From assembly GCF_009834535.1 (NCBI RefSeq), contig NC_045697.1, positions 12,588,001-12,648,000 of the forward strand: 60,000 nt of DNA, given 5' to 3'. The position numbers and the translations under genes are program-made. The notes beneath the pieces are model-generated. The model was given only the letters and a program-made list of their open reading frames with translations, was not told the DNA's origin and did not search any database. The DNA is from Camelus ferus. Lineage: Eukaryota. Position 1 is the stretch's first letter. Every line of letters begins with the position of its first letter. Below are positions 36,446 to 48,760 of this stretch, in pieces.

Positions 36446-39194
36446 TATTAATTTTTGAATATTTATTTTGTATTCATTTACTTTATTAAAAATCCTCTTT
36501 ATTATAATTCTAGAAGCCTGCTTCATTTATTGAGATTTATAGATATATAATTATTATTTAAAATTAATAATATCTTTTTCTCATTAACAGTCACACCTGT
36601 TGTACCAGTTTCATGTCCTATAGCATTGTTTAGATGTTCCTGAGGAGAAATTACAGTCAGTGTGACAGTGATTTGTTTTCCTTCCCTTGATTTTAAGGGC
36701 AATGCCTTGTGTGTGCCATGGTTAAACATGATGATGAATTTGGGCTCACACTGCTATTTATCATGCTATCTTTTTAACACATTGTGATAGACATTTGACT
36801 GCATCAGCGTCATTTTTGGCATCTACAAGATAATCACATTGTGCTTCTCTTTCAGTAATCAAGTGGGCTTACCTCTTCTCATGTCTACAACTTTTGATTC
36901 TATAGTATTAATCCCATCTTAGAAACTTAGCTTGGAAGACTCTGTGGCAGGTGAGAACGTTAACTAAAATAAGGACCCCCAAAGGAGGGAATTAACTGAT
37001 TTCCATAGTCACCTCTGATTTTAGGACTGATTATCTGATCCTAGGATTTTCGAGTCTTTGCAAATGAAGCGTTACACATTTCATCCCCTTGAACTCACTT
37101 ACTAGTTTTCACGTGGTGAACTTTCGTCCTGTGTGAAGAAAGGGCCAGAAAGAATAGAAAGAAAAGAACCAAGGAGGCAATGGGATGTGATTAAAGATGC
37201 AAAGATTTGGGGGGGCTCTTCATTGCATGGTTCAAATGCCACCTTGATCCTTACCAGTTGGGTAGCTCTTGGCAGGATACAGGACCCTCAGGGATAAGAA
37301 CGGCATCTTTGCTATGAGGGAGCACTGTGAGGATTGGATGATAAAATTTGAGTAAGGAATCTGGCACAGTGGCTGGCCTAGAGTAGTTCTCATAGAGGTT
37401 TTAGATAAGCCTAGCACTGTGCTAAGAACATTTTGTGCAAAAATTTTAACTTATTCAATTTTTCCAACAAACCTTTGAGTGTTATCATTATCCCAGTTCT
37501 ACAAAGTGGGAAATGAAACACTGAAAGTAGCCTATGATCCCACTGCAAATCAGTGGCAGCACTGAGGTGAGAACATGGTTCAGGTCTCTGCTCTTCACCG
37601 CTTGGGACATGCCCTCTTGATGTAAGTCGTGTGTGTGTGAGTTCCTCTATTTGCTAAGCCTGCAAGCCCTGCAACTCCTGCATTTTACAGCTGAGGAAAC
37701 TGAGGCCCAGAGCAGTAAATGGCTTTCCCATGTCATAAAATAAATGAATGCCAAAACCTGCATTAAATTTCTGGGTCTCATTTTATTTGCAAGTAGAAGG
37801 GTCTTCTAGTGTCTCACTTTGGAACATTCTAGATTTGCCCTCAAGCTTTTGGGTGAACTTCAAGTCTTGTAAAGTGACAAGAGGCTTTTATCTGTATTGC
37901 ATCATCCCTTTCAACCAATTTTTAAAAACTTGTCCTTTAGGTCAGAGATAATCATTTCAAGGGCTATAATTATGAACCTTTGTGGATTTTCATAATGGTA
38001 CTCCAAGTGAATTATATTTATTTTATTTTTAAATGTGGAAGAAAGCATAAAGAAAAGCAAAAACTGAGCAAACAAAAAATTCAAAGAAAATGTCTACACA
38101 TATAAATTGGTTCAAGTTTACTTAAGGCTTAATTCACCTGGCCTAACTTGAATTTCTAGCTCAGCTCCAATAAATGCAAACAGTACCATGCTTCAGATGA
38201 CAAAATGGATTCATTTCCAATGTGGATAAAGCAACACCTACAACACTGATCCTGGTTTTCTAATTGACCAACGTGATAATATCAGAAGTTTGTTCCAGTG
38301 AGGGAAACCTTCCCCAGCAGACTTAGCTGATAAGATTTGATGAGGAAATGAGGAATAAGTTGAGTACCTGGAACTTAGGTTCTAAGGGTGTTATCTACTA
38401 GCAGTTAACTGTGGGAGGTCTTCACAATCATTACTTTCTTTGTTGCATGCTGTAGTTATGGAACTCTTGCAATTTTCTTCTGGGTGCTCTTCAAACTGTT
38501 GTTACACTGACCCTGACAAAATATTATCACATATCAGGTTAGTGGGATGGCATCACAAGAATTTGATAATTCTTTCCTTGCGTGGCTTTGGCCATATCTT
38601 GAAATTAATCTAAAATCCAAGAGTTGGAAAGGACAACTCTGTATCTCATAAGACTTCCTTAAATAGCATTTGTAACGACTACTCGTTTCCTACTTGATTT
38701 CTTCCAGAGACAGGGAACTCATCACATCTTCACCATCATTATGATCACCTAATAAGTCTTGTGTATTGACAACTCACCATGGACTGAGTGCTCTCCACAT
38801 ATGCCCTCTTTAGCCCTTTCAACAACTTTGTGGAGTTATTTTCATTCAGATTTTACAAAAGAGAAAATGAAGGCTCAAAAAAAAAAAAAAAATAGCCCAC
38901 AGTTTCACAGTAGTGGAGATAAAGTTGAACCCAACTCTGTATTGGTTCTGAGATAATACTCTAGTCAATTTCTCCCTGCTAATTGAAAAGCCACTGTTAC
39001 CAGGTTGTATCATTTCCACCAAAGGAATCAAAAAGAAGTTTTATTTCTTCCTCCATATCTCAATGCTTCAGTGCTGATTTACCCAATTTCTTTATCATCC
39101 CATGCTGGGAATACAGTGATTTTTCTGGGTCCTGAAATTTTTATAATTGTAATTAGTGAGTCTATTACAACACTATTTTCCATTCTGTTTTAGA

Positions 39195-39380
39195 GATGTG
39201 GTGGAGTGCACTGGCTAAGAGCACAGACTGTGGTGTCATGCTGCATGTGTTCAAAGCTTAAGTTCCCCAACCAACTAGCTGTATGATGCTGGGCCAATAA
39301 CTTAACCTGTCTGTTTCCTCATCTGTAAAATGGGGGTTTTTGTGAAGACTTAAAGGGCTAATTGGTATAAAACACTTACT
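39195..39380 (+). mobile_element. MIR SINE
   Basis: ggctaagagcacagactgtgg...cttaacctgtctgtttcctcatctgtaaaatgggg. Confidence 0.8.
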
Positions 39381-39381
39381 T

Positions 39382-39551
39382 AAATACTGGATACCCCGTT
39401 AAATTTGAATTTCAGATAAACAATGAGTCTTCTAGAACAAATATGTCTCAAATAAGACATGGGATGTACTTAAAGTTAAATGATACATTATTCATCTGAA
39501 ATTCAAAGTTACCTGGGCATCCTGTCTTTTTGTTTGTGAAATCTGGCAATT
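39382..39551. mobile_element. MER53 palindromic hAT MITE
   Basis: Arms ggataccccgttaaatttgaatttcagataaacaat and attattcatctgaaattcaaagttacctgggcatcc are reverse complements; ends in aaatctggcaa. Confidence 0.85.
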
Positions 39552-40509
39552 TACTATGTCTCACCCCAAATTGTACTGACTGGACCTAAATGTGTCCGCC
39601 TCCATCACCATAAAGTTGAAATTCTCCGCACACAGTAGGTGCTCAAGAAATGTTTGCTAAATTTTGCTTTATTTGAAAGAGATTGATAGAAATCACAAAA
39701 TGATAAGCAAATACAGGGAAAGTAACACGAAAAATGAAAACCTGAGGATTCCGTTTTCCTTACACAATGATGCTGGTCTCCTGACGGATGGAGAGCTGTG
39801 TGCATCAGTTCTTCCAAGGGGATGAGCCATGTGAGTTCAGTTTATCCCTGTATTCTGAAAGAACAAATTGCACATCAAGAGAAATTGGGATACAGCACTG
39901 TGGCCTCTGGAAAGGCTGGCTCTTCTTGGCAGGTGCTGTGCTGCTGTAACTCTAGGGAACGCATTGCCTTTTCTGTTCAGTAGGGCTTGAGTCGTTCTTC
40001 AGTAAGCATCTCCAGGAGTCACCATCCCATGCTCTCACTTTCCCGCAGTGCTCAGGTCTCTCCCATCAAGGCTTATTAGCACCAATGGGGGGGAGTGTCA
40101 TGTGGTTCTAAACCACTGGAGATCTTGCCTCAGTGCCTGAGGTGTGAAGTCCCAAGTCCTCAGCACAGTACTCCAGGAAATTGCTGCCGCTCCCATCCCA
40201 ACACCTCTCCTGATTCCCTGCATCCCAGCCACACCGGGGACACACGCTGCTCCCAAATAGCCTTGTTCTCTCATACCTCCACACCTTCACTTCTGCCTGA
40301 GACATTTTCCTCCTTACTTTGCTTCTAAGACAGATCCTAAACCTCCTTACAAGTTACACTTGAAAAGTTTCCAGCCCTTAATGAAGCCTGTGCCAGCTTT
40401 CCATCATACTTCCAAAATCCTAGCACATTTCTACCCTTGCTTCTGCCCAGAGGGGGAAGAAAATGACTCCCTCTTTTGGGCTACATAGGAGCCAGTGATC
40501 TTTATGTGC

Positions 40510-40690
40510 TGGGGATTGCATTCAGCCATGAATTACAGTAACTTGCCAAAAACAGCTCAAACCAATTGCTAGTTTTATTTTTCTACTTACATGTGTTGTC
40601 TGGAAGTTGGCATTTCAGGGCTAACGTGGTGGTTCTGCCAGACCAGACCCTTTCTGGTTTTCTGATGCGCTATCCCTAATGCTGTATCCT
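40510..40690 (-). mobile_element. Old MLT1 LTR fragment
   Basis: ggattgcattcagccatgaattacag...tttatttttctacttaca...gtctggaagttgggcatttcagggct. Confidence 0.5.
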
Positions 40691-42178
40691 GACCCAGGGA
40701 ATGTTTATTTCTGAGAGATCTTCAAGGGCAGGGGCTACATCAGTAATTCCTCTGACATTTTTTTAATTGTTCATATCCTTGTGACTATGGAATAAATGCT
40801 TATCAAATGAATGACAAATAAATGGATCATTAATGAGATAATCTCTCACTTAGGGAGACAAAGGAAAATGCATATTTGATCATAATAAACACAACTTCAG
40901 AGCCTAATCTATAGAATTTAAGAACATTCAGTCATCTCTATGTGCTTCAGATAACATGCTTTGATTTATCTGAGAGAACACCTGTTTTTCAGGGTCTCAA
41001 TGCCTTGATCTGAAAAACTAAACTTAGAATATAGACAGGCTCCAAATTAGAGTGTAATGTACTCTTAAAAACACATAAAGTGGAATGTGCTTCTTATGGA
41101 AAAAAATGTTATAATTGACACATATTTTCAACCAAGGATCTGTCAACAAATAAAGCACAGAAATGATTAGTATGTCATAAAACACAAAGCCACAACAATA
41201 ATTTAAAAGTGTAAAATTACGCCTTATGTCCTAGAAAATGAACATACACTTACAGTAAATATTTATGAAACGAGAGGTCCTAATGTACTAGAAATTGTGT
41301 ATATTACACATAAAATGCAACTCTATTGTGCCATAAACGTGACTTAAAACTAACATGCTAGCGATAATAATGCTTTAAAGGTTTGGACCAGATCTCATTG
41401 ATCTTGTAACCTCAGGGCTCACCACAATCCCTACTGCATGGAAGAAACTCAAAACAAATGCTTGTGAATGTAATTAAACAGAATCTGTGTAGAGCTCGTA
41501 AAGCACTCTCACATCCGCTGTCTTTTTACTCTGTCAATAATCGCCCTGTGTGTTCAGTAGCTCGAGTTTCCCACTTACAGATAAACTGAGGCTCATAACA
41601 ATCTAAGTGGCTTGTTTTCTCAAGGTTGGGAAGTTAAGTTGTGGCGCTAAATCTCTAACCTAGTTTGCCAACTACGTGCGAAGTGTTTGATGTTGCTTCA
41701 TACAAGCATCTACGATTCGCGTGACTCAGGTCTGCAGAGAGAAGCTTGAAAAAACACGTCCTTTTTCTCTTAATACGTTTTCTTGGGGTTTAATAGAGGC
41801 ACTCAAAACCATTTTATTTATTTCAGTTCTGTTATCTTAGTTCTGTTCATCTTAATGTAGAATAATACACGAGAAGAATAAATTCACTATTGAGGAGTAT
41901 GATGGAAACGGTGATTTTTCAATAAGTGCTAGTTTTGTCAGGGAAGTCTGGCCTAAAATTTATCCCTGGTTCTTCTTCTACACCAGTTGTTTTTATTAAG
42001 AACGAGTTTGCTATCAGGACAAAAGGCTACTATGTAACATTAAGCAATGACTTTACTCCACTTGGCCTTTGTGTATGGGACTCAAAGCACTTCTCATTTC
42101 ATGGAAAACTAGCCACAGCAGTTACCACTGAATGGGCTTATAATTTTATATAGCATTCCAACACATCTATCAAGGATT

Positions 42179-42388
42179 ATTTTGTAGTTGGCTTTATTCC
42201 TTTGACAACCACGTAAGTTTAAAAAGCTAAAGCTCTGAACTATTCTTAGAAACAATGATCAGTACATATATGTGAACTAAAAAAATGTGCAGTTTATTGT
42301 ATATATGCATTTACCTGCAATGTATTGTATATGGGTAGTTGAATTGTAACAATTCTACCTAATAAAACTGAAAAATGAAAAAAAAGAA
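42179..42388 (+). mobile_element. Short L1 3'UTR insertion with A tail and TSD
   Basis: Ends aataaaactgaaaaatgaaaaaaaagaa; TSD aaggatt at 42172-42178 and 42389-42395. Confidence 0.8.
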
Positions 42389-42449
42389 AAGGATTGCTGA
42401 AACTGGGAGACACTGATATGCCCAGAGAGTGTCCTCTATTGGACAGAGG

Positions 42450-42705
42450 GTGTGTTGCAGTGTGCAAAACCATGACTTTATGACATCAGACTGTGGGTTT
42501 CAGCCCCTTCTCTGCTTCTTTCTAGAAGAGTAATCTTGGAAAGTTACTGAACTCTCTGTGTTATAGTTTCCTTATCTATGTGGTGGTGAGGATAGTACAT
42601 ACTTCATATGTTGTTGTGAAGGTTAAATGTATAAAAATATGTCAAGCGTTGATAACAGTGCTTGGCAGGAAGCAAGCATTTAATGGATGGTAGCAAGTAC
42701 TATTA
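42450..42705 (+). mobile_element. MIR SINE, near full length
   Basis: atcttggaaagttactgaactctctgtgttatagtttccttatctatg...gttgttgtgaaggttaaatg...acagtgcttggca. Confidence 0.8.
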
Positions 42706-44083
42706 TTGGTTTTATATTTTTGAACGATGGAGGGAACTTCTCATTGTCTGCCTAAGATGTACTGACAGTTAAGACACCAGATAATTCTGCTTTTTATGAC
42801 GTTAGTAAAATACAAATTAATAGTATCTGCCTATAGATTGAAAGACTGTCATACACAATAAAATGCTAGTTCTGTTTACAAGAATTCTGCAATTCACAAT
42901 TGGAGTCAAAGCTATGCTCACCAGCAGGTTGTAGACTGTAAGAAGGAGGAGGTCCTCTCTGTTTAATCGTATCTGCTTCTCAAACAATTGGCACATTGGA
43001 AGTGTTCAATAAATCTTTCTGCAACAAGTGAGTAAATAAATAGATAAAAGAATTAATAGCATTTCCAGAAGTGTGACTTCTGACTAAGTTACCCTAAAGC
43101 TACCTTAAAATGTTGAGTAGTCCTTGTAGAAGTTGGCCATCTTGATTTTCCCACAGGATGTGTTAACTTGACATGTAGGCGTACGCTCAGCTCGTGAAAT
43201 ATAATTCTTTTGGAGTTTATAAAGACATAGATGTGGTATAAATTTTATCAGTGCTAATTGTTAGTCTCCCAATAACCTAATCCCAGTATCTCCACGTCAC
43301 CTCTGCTCTTTTAGTTACATAAATCATAATGGGAAAAAGAGGCTATAATTTAATGCATTTAAATTTTCCATGAAGGAAAGGACATCTGTAACTGTTAAGC
43401 AGGAGCTAAATGTTAAAGAATGTGTTTGAATATGATCTTTGCCAAGTGTGATGACTTTTCTGAGTAGAGAGTCTTCTTATTTTATGTTCTGTCTTTGAAG
43501 ATTTTGCTACTGACCAACCATCAATTGTGTGTGGGGGTCATTTTGTGTGGTGCCCTTCTGTCTGGTTTACTGACTTGAGGGAAGATTAAAAAATGTTTAT
43601 TCCCTTACTGAGGGCTTGATAAAGCTTGAGAACTATTTTCATGACCTAGGGATTTTGAAACTTCTGTTAGAATATTGATACAAAGACAGGAACTACTATA
43701 TTAGTTGAATCACATGTTGAAATGTGTAATTCTGTTTGTGTTGGCAGAGTCTGTGAACATAAGCTGCTCTCTGGCCTTCAAGTTTTATTTGCTTGTTGGC
43801 CGTTGGGAACTTGACACTTTACCACATAAACAACGCTAGCCCATGAGATGGAGAAACCGCCTCCCTCTTCACCTGAGCCCCACAACCTGTGCATTGTAAC
43901 CGCTGTTTCTGTGAAGAATCTTATTCCAAATTTCAGCTCCTCTTTGTACCTAATTCTGTGCGTAAAAGGAAGTATGTACTCATTAAAGGTTGCATGACCA
44001 AGTTATGTCGAGCAGAGTTCTCTGGGGCAGCCCTAGAACTGGGGCTGTTTTCTGTATCTGAACCTTTCTGTATTGCCTCAGAT

Positions 44084-44742
44084 TGTTGCCGATGGATGTA
44101 ACCGGTGTTCCAGGTTCTTGCCCCGTCCCGGAAAGAATTCAGAGACAAGATGCAGTGGTTAAAAAAAGTAAAGTGAAAATTTATTAAAGGTTGGATAGTA
44201 CACTCTCAAGGGGAGAGCGGGCAGGCTCAGGTGAGCAGCTGCCCCGAGTTTCTTTGGCAAATTGGCTACATAGGGTGTAAAAATGAATGGGTGGAATATT
44301 CACTGGGGAGGGAAGGGTTTGGGGTCTTAATTCCTGATTATCATCCCAACTCCACCTTCCTAAAGGGAAGAGGTATTCTTCTCCTTATTTAGTCTGAATC
44401 AGAAGTGTTACTGTGTCGGTGCATGATGGGTACGTCTAATCTGCAAGGCTAATTTTATGTAAATGAGGTCATAACAAGCAAAAGGTTACATCCAGACACT
44501 AGAAATTCCGGCCTTTTCCCACCTTTCTTTGTTAGCTTTTGGGCAGCTTATCACCCCCAAAGGTGTGACCACTTATCAGCCCAGAGGTTCCTGCTTTTCT
44601 TTTTCTACCCAGGGACCCCTGGTTCTTATATGATGTATGGTTTCCTGCATTGGGCCTGTGTCCCTCCTCTCTGCCCACTTCCTGCCATTTGGCCTGCATT
44701 CCCCTTTCTCTGCTCATATCTAGCTATCTGCCTGCTCTAACA
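44084..44742 (-). mobile_element. Relatively young ERV (ERV1-like) solo LTR
   Basis: TGTT...AACA termini, AATAAA on the minus strand near 44180, flanks agat/aaat (4-bp TSD, 1 mismatch), retained CpGs. Confidence 0.8.
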
Positions 44743-44849
44743 AAATGCCAAGGGAAAACATTATATCAGCAGCAGAGAAGAGTGGGCAAGAAGAAGCCCC
44801 TAAGTCCTAAGAATCTGTGAGCTGAAGGTAGGAGTGAATTAGTCATATT

Positions 44850-45025
44850 CTCGTTAACTGGAAGCTCCTCTTTATGAAATACCCATTACGTGCCAGGAAC
44901 CGTGTAGACCACCTTATACGTATCACCTAAATCTCAGAAGGCTCGTTTTATGAGTAAGGAGTCTGAGGCTGAGAGTACATAGCTTGTCCAGGATCACAGA
45001 GCAGCACGTGCCCAAACACATCCTG
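44850..45025 (-). mobile_element. MIR SINE
   Basis: tacgtgccaggaaccgtg...gagtctgaggctgagag...gcttgtccaggatcacagagc. Confidence 0.7.
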
Positions 45026-46189
45026 CTGTCATTCTTTTCCTCTCCCTGTCCAGCCCCCAAACTATTCTGCCTGGTCACTGGCGTGTCCCTGCAGAAGAGG
45101 CCAGGCACAGTCTTGCTGCTCTGTTGAGACTTGGTAAGTTCAAAGGGGAAAAGAGAATTAGGAAGCCCATTGCCTGTGGGTTCAGGCCACACTAGTCTCA
45201 CCTCTTCTGCAGAAGCAAATGCTTTGTTCTCTGTCTGTGACTCCTGTGTCTATTTCTAATTGTTTCTAAATTCAAAGAGGGAAGAATATACCTAATTATC
45301 AACCTGAAAAACCTGGTGTAAGCATGCTGTTGTGATGCTGTTTTATATTTGTTTTTGTTTGGCTGGTGTTTGAGAGGTCTTCTTTTGTGACTACAGGTCT
45401 CTCTGCAAACAATAATACATCAGCAAGAAGATCAATTAAAATACAAGGAAAAAAATAACCCTACACCAACTCTTACCCACGGGAACAGAGCCTCAGATCT
45501 CTCCACATGAAGCCTGCCAGTAAGCCACCTTGCAGTGCGCTGGCTGGAGAAAGTGACATTTACTCAGAAATGCCCTGCAGGAGGAAGAAACAAGAGTTGA
45601 AACAGAGCCACCATAAACATTGCGGTTCATAAACCTGAAAACAGGAAGGGTGACCTTTCCAAAGGCTAGAAGTGTACTTTTCAGCCTCTAAGATTCAAAC
45701 CACTCTTGGTGTCAAAATGTACTCAGCTCCAAGTTGCTGTTTTCAGGAACATGGCTGAGTTGAAAACTGTTGTAGCTGAAACTTCAGGTCTTCGAGTGAA
45801 ACCAGTAGGGGATCTGGCCAGGGAAATGCTTCCCTGGGTGGGGCGTGGACTGGCCCGTGGGCCTTTCTGAACATCTTTTGCCGCAGTCTTTTCTTTTTGC
45901 AGCTGTCAGGTGGAGAACTGCAGGAATTCACATCCAGACCTTTTAACATATTCTCTCTAAAAGGCTCACTCAGTGTCAGTCTTCCGCTGGCCAAGTAAAC
46001 CTTTCTAAATTACGACTTTTTTCAAGAGAAGATAGACCAGTAACAACTCAGTATTACTCAGGTTTCACAAGGTTTGGGTGCAGACTTGGTGTGTCAAGAG
46101 AAAGTTCAATGGAAATCCCAAGGAGACTGGAGAAGTGAGGGGTGTCTCCAATGGCATGAGGGTCTCTTACGAGAAAGAGAGATGTGGTG

Positions 46190-46670
46190 GACACTCGGTC
46201 TCCATTCTGACGTGCTCAGATCCCTTGATCATTTCTGTGGTCTCCTCCCTGGCTTCAGTTTGCTTTTGCTTCCAAAGGCTCACACCTGAAATCTTCCTTC
46301 AGAGGACACCTCAGGCCACTGAGCTGCTTTGGCCACAGACACAGAGAGACAGAAGTGCAGAGGGTTTACAGCTCCATGGTGGCCCTTTGGTCAATGACTG
46401 ATTCATGGATTCATGGTGGAGTATGAGAGCCTTGGCTTCCTTGCTCCAAGTAGGGACTGGATTGGAAGTTGTAACTTACACCCTAGGGCACTCCTTGGCG
46501 GGGTCAGTTTGAAGCTACCCTCCCAGGGACTTTGCCTGGCATCATACCTTTCCTTTCCTGGCTTCTTCCCTTTTCCTGTGCTCCTTCCCCCACTCCCTGA
46601 CAAGTTCTCCTGGAAGCACCTCCATAATAAATCACAGGCCCCAAAATCCTTACTCAGGGTCTGCCTCTGT
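46190..46670 (+). mobile_element. LTR16-family (ERVL) solo LTR
   Basis: 3' end tctcctggaagcacctccataataaatcac...aatccttactcagggtctgcctctg typical of LTR16. Confidence 0.7.
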
Positions 46671-46719
46671 AAGATTTATTCTGTTGGTCTGGAAAACAAG
46701 ATTAGGACCAGTAGATAAT

Positions 46720-46925
46720 AGTCAGAAGGAAGCAGAATTTGAATCAACGCAAGGGAGAAACTTTTTACAAATCGAATTTCTCAAATATGATTTGTGCGAA
46801 ACTTCCTAGGAATATTTAAATAGAGACTGGATGAGTAATTACTGGCACTGTGCTCTGTAGGAGTTCATGCACTAGGTATGAAGTTGCTTTTAAGTTTCCA
46901 GACTAGTGCCTTAACTCTGGAATAT
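46720..46925 (+). mobile_element. L3/CR1 3' remnant
   Basis: aagggagaaactttttaca...ggaatatttaaatagagactggatgag. Confidence 0.45.
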
Positions 46926-48529
46926 CATGGTAGGCAAATAAGCTTTAAACTTTCACAGGTTAGCTGCCAAATTTGAACGGTATTTAATGTGGATTTTCAC
47001 AATCTTTGTATATTATTCAAATTATTATAAGGCTCTCCCTTTATGTCAAGCTGGGAGTGTAGCTGAGTGGGCAGCACAGTTCAGTGGGAACAACTTTTAT
47101 AGGTGAAGGCATAACACCAGCTTGGTTCCACGTTAAAAATCTGTGAGATGTAAGAAGGGAACCTCACCTTGCAAGACTATGAAAGGCTGATTAAAGTAGG
47201 AGACATGCTTTAAAAGAGGGCAGAGGGCTGACTGCTGACTTAGTGACTGGTGGCGGTACATGACAACAGAGAATGACACACAGTGACTATTCAGGCAGCA
47301 CAGGAGACTAATGGACTAAGGCGATAATTGGGCTTCATTTTGCTGATTCGGTTAGTGGTGTTTTGAATCCTCTCATTTCTCTAGGATGACCACCAAATTC
47401 TGGTGTTTGAAATCTCACTGACACAAAAAGATCAACAATTGTGTTTCAACCCCTCCTCCTCAACCTGCAATGGTTCCCCTCTGCCTAGAGGCTAAAGCTT
47501 CCATTTTGTGGCCGGTCAGGCACAGACTCTCACACAGCCCTGGGCACGGGTTTTCTGGTATCAAAGACAGGATTTTGGTTTTGTGTGGATCGAGAGAGCG
47601 AGGAAGAAGAGGTCTCATATTGAGCGTAGTTCAAATGTGACAAGGAGGTGTTACATTAGGAGAGGGCAGGGTGTAGGTCAGAGACTGCAGCAGGAAAGAG
47701 AAAAGCAAAAAAAATCATGAAAAACCAAGTTAAAAAAAAAAAAACCCTGCAGCTAAAATGTTGAAAGAGAACACTGCTGTTGCACTCGGGGAACTAATAG
47801 AGGTGGGCGTGAGATGTTTCACAAAGCAGAGTTGGAGAAAGTTCTGCCAAATGGCACCTTCCCAGAAGTACAGGGTGGCTGGGAGCTCTGATACCTCTGC
47901 TTTCTGGCCTCAATCGAACTGCATAAAATCTACACTTATTTCTAATCATTTTGTACTGCTCCAGCTTCTCTGCTGTACTCCAAATCATTTATTCATTGAT
48001 TTTATTCGTGTAACTAACCCCATCTCAGCCAAACCAAATCCTACCCATCCCTAATGACCAAGCTTTGGGCTCTTCTCCACCGTGGAGTTTTCCACAGTTT
48101 TTCCAGCCTACAGAACTCTTGATATCTGTTGACACCAAAGCACATTACTCATGCCAATTATTTGGTTCTTGTCACGAAATGCTTTCCGAGATTTTTCTCT
48201 TGCTTCTGTATATGAGGCCTTGCATATTGAGCTTTTGTATATTTATCTCTTGCATGATGTATTAAGTTGCCTAGGCCTTGACTTCCCAAATAAATCTTAG
48301 TCCAGATAGTCATCAACCATATATGCAAGTTACATTCATTTAGGTTGTAAGATTTGCATGTGAGAAAATAAATGTTCTATGTTGAGAGTTAAGGAAAGAT
48401 TGCTGAGGACCGGTGTGGGTTAGGTCGGCTTGATGGAGGTGAGGGAGATGAACTCAGCAGTTGAAGGATGTAACCTTCACAGTCAGATCTTTCAGCATTC
48501 GTGTGCCACCTCTGTAGAAGAAAAATCCA

Positions 48530-48760
48530 TAGTAACAGCAGAAAATGGTAGTGTTCATTGAGTGCTGTGCTAAATGCTTTAACTTAAATTGTCTCATTTA
48601 ATCTTTTGACAATAAATTAAAATTTGTGATAGGTATTATCATTTTCATTTTAAAGCTGAAGAAATTGAGACTTAAAATGATAAATAATTTGTCCAAAGTC
48701 ACATACCCTGTTAAGTAGGAGTGATCAGATTCCAAAGTTATTTTAAGTATGCTGTACTTT
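48530..48760 (-). mobile_element. MIR SINE
   Basis: ataggtattatcattttcattttaaagctgaagaaattgagactt...aataatttgtccaaagtcacata. Confidence 0.75.
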
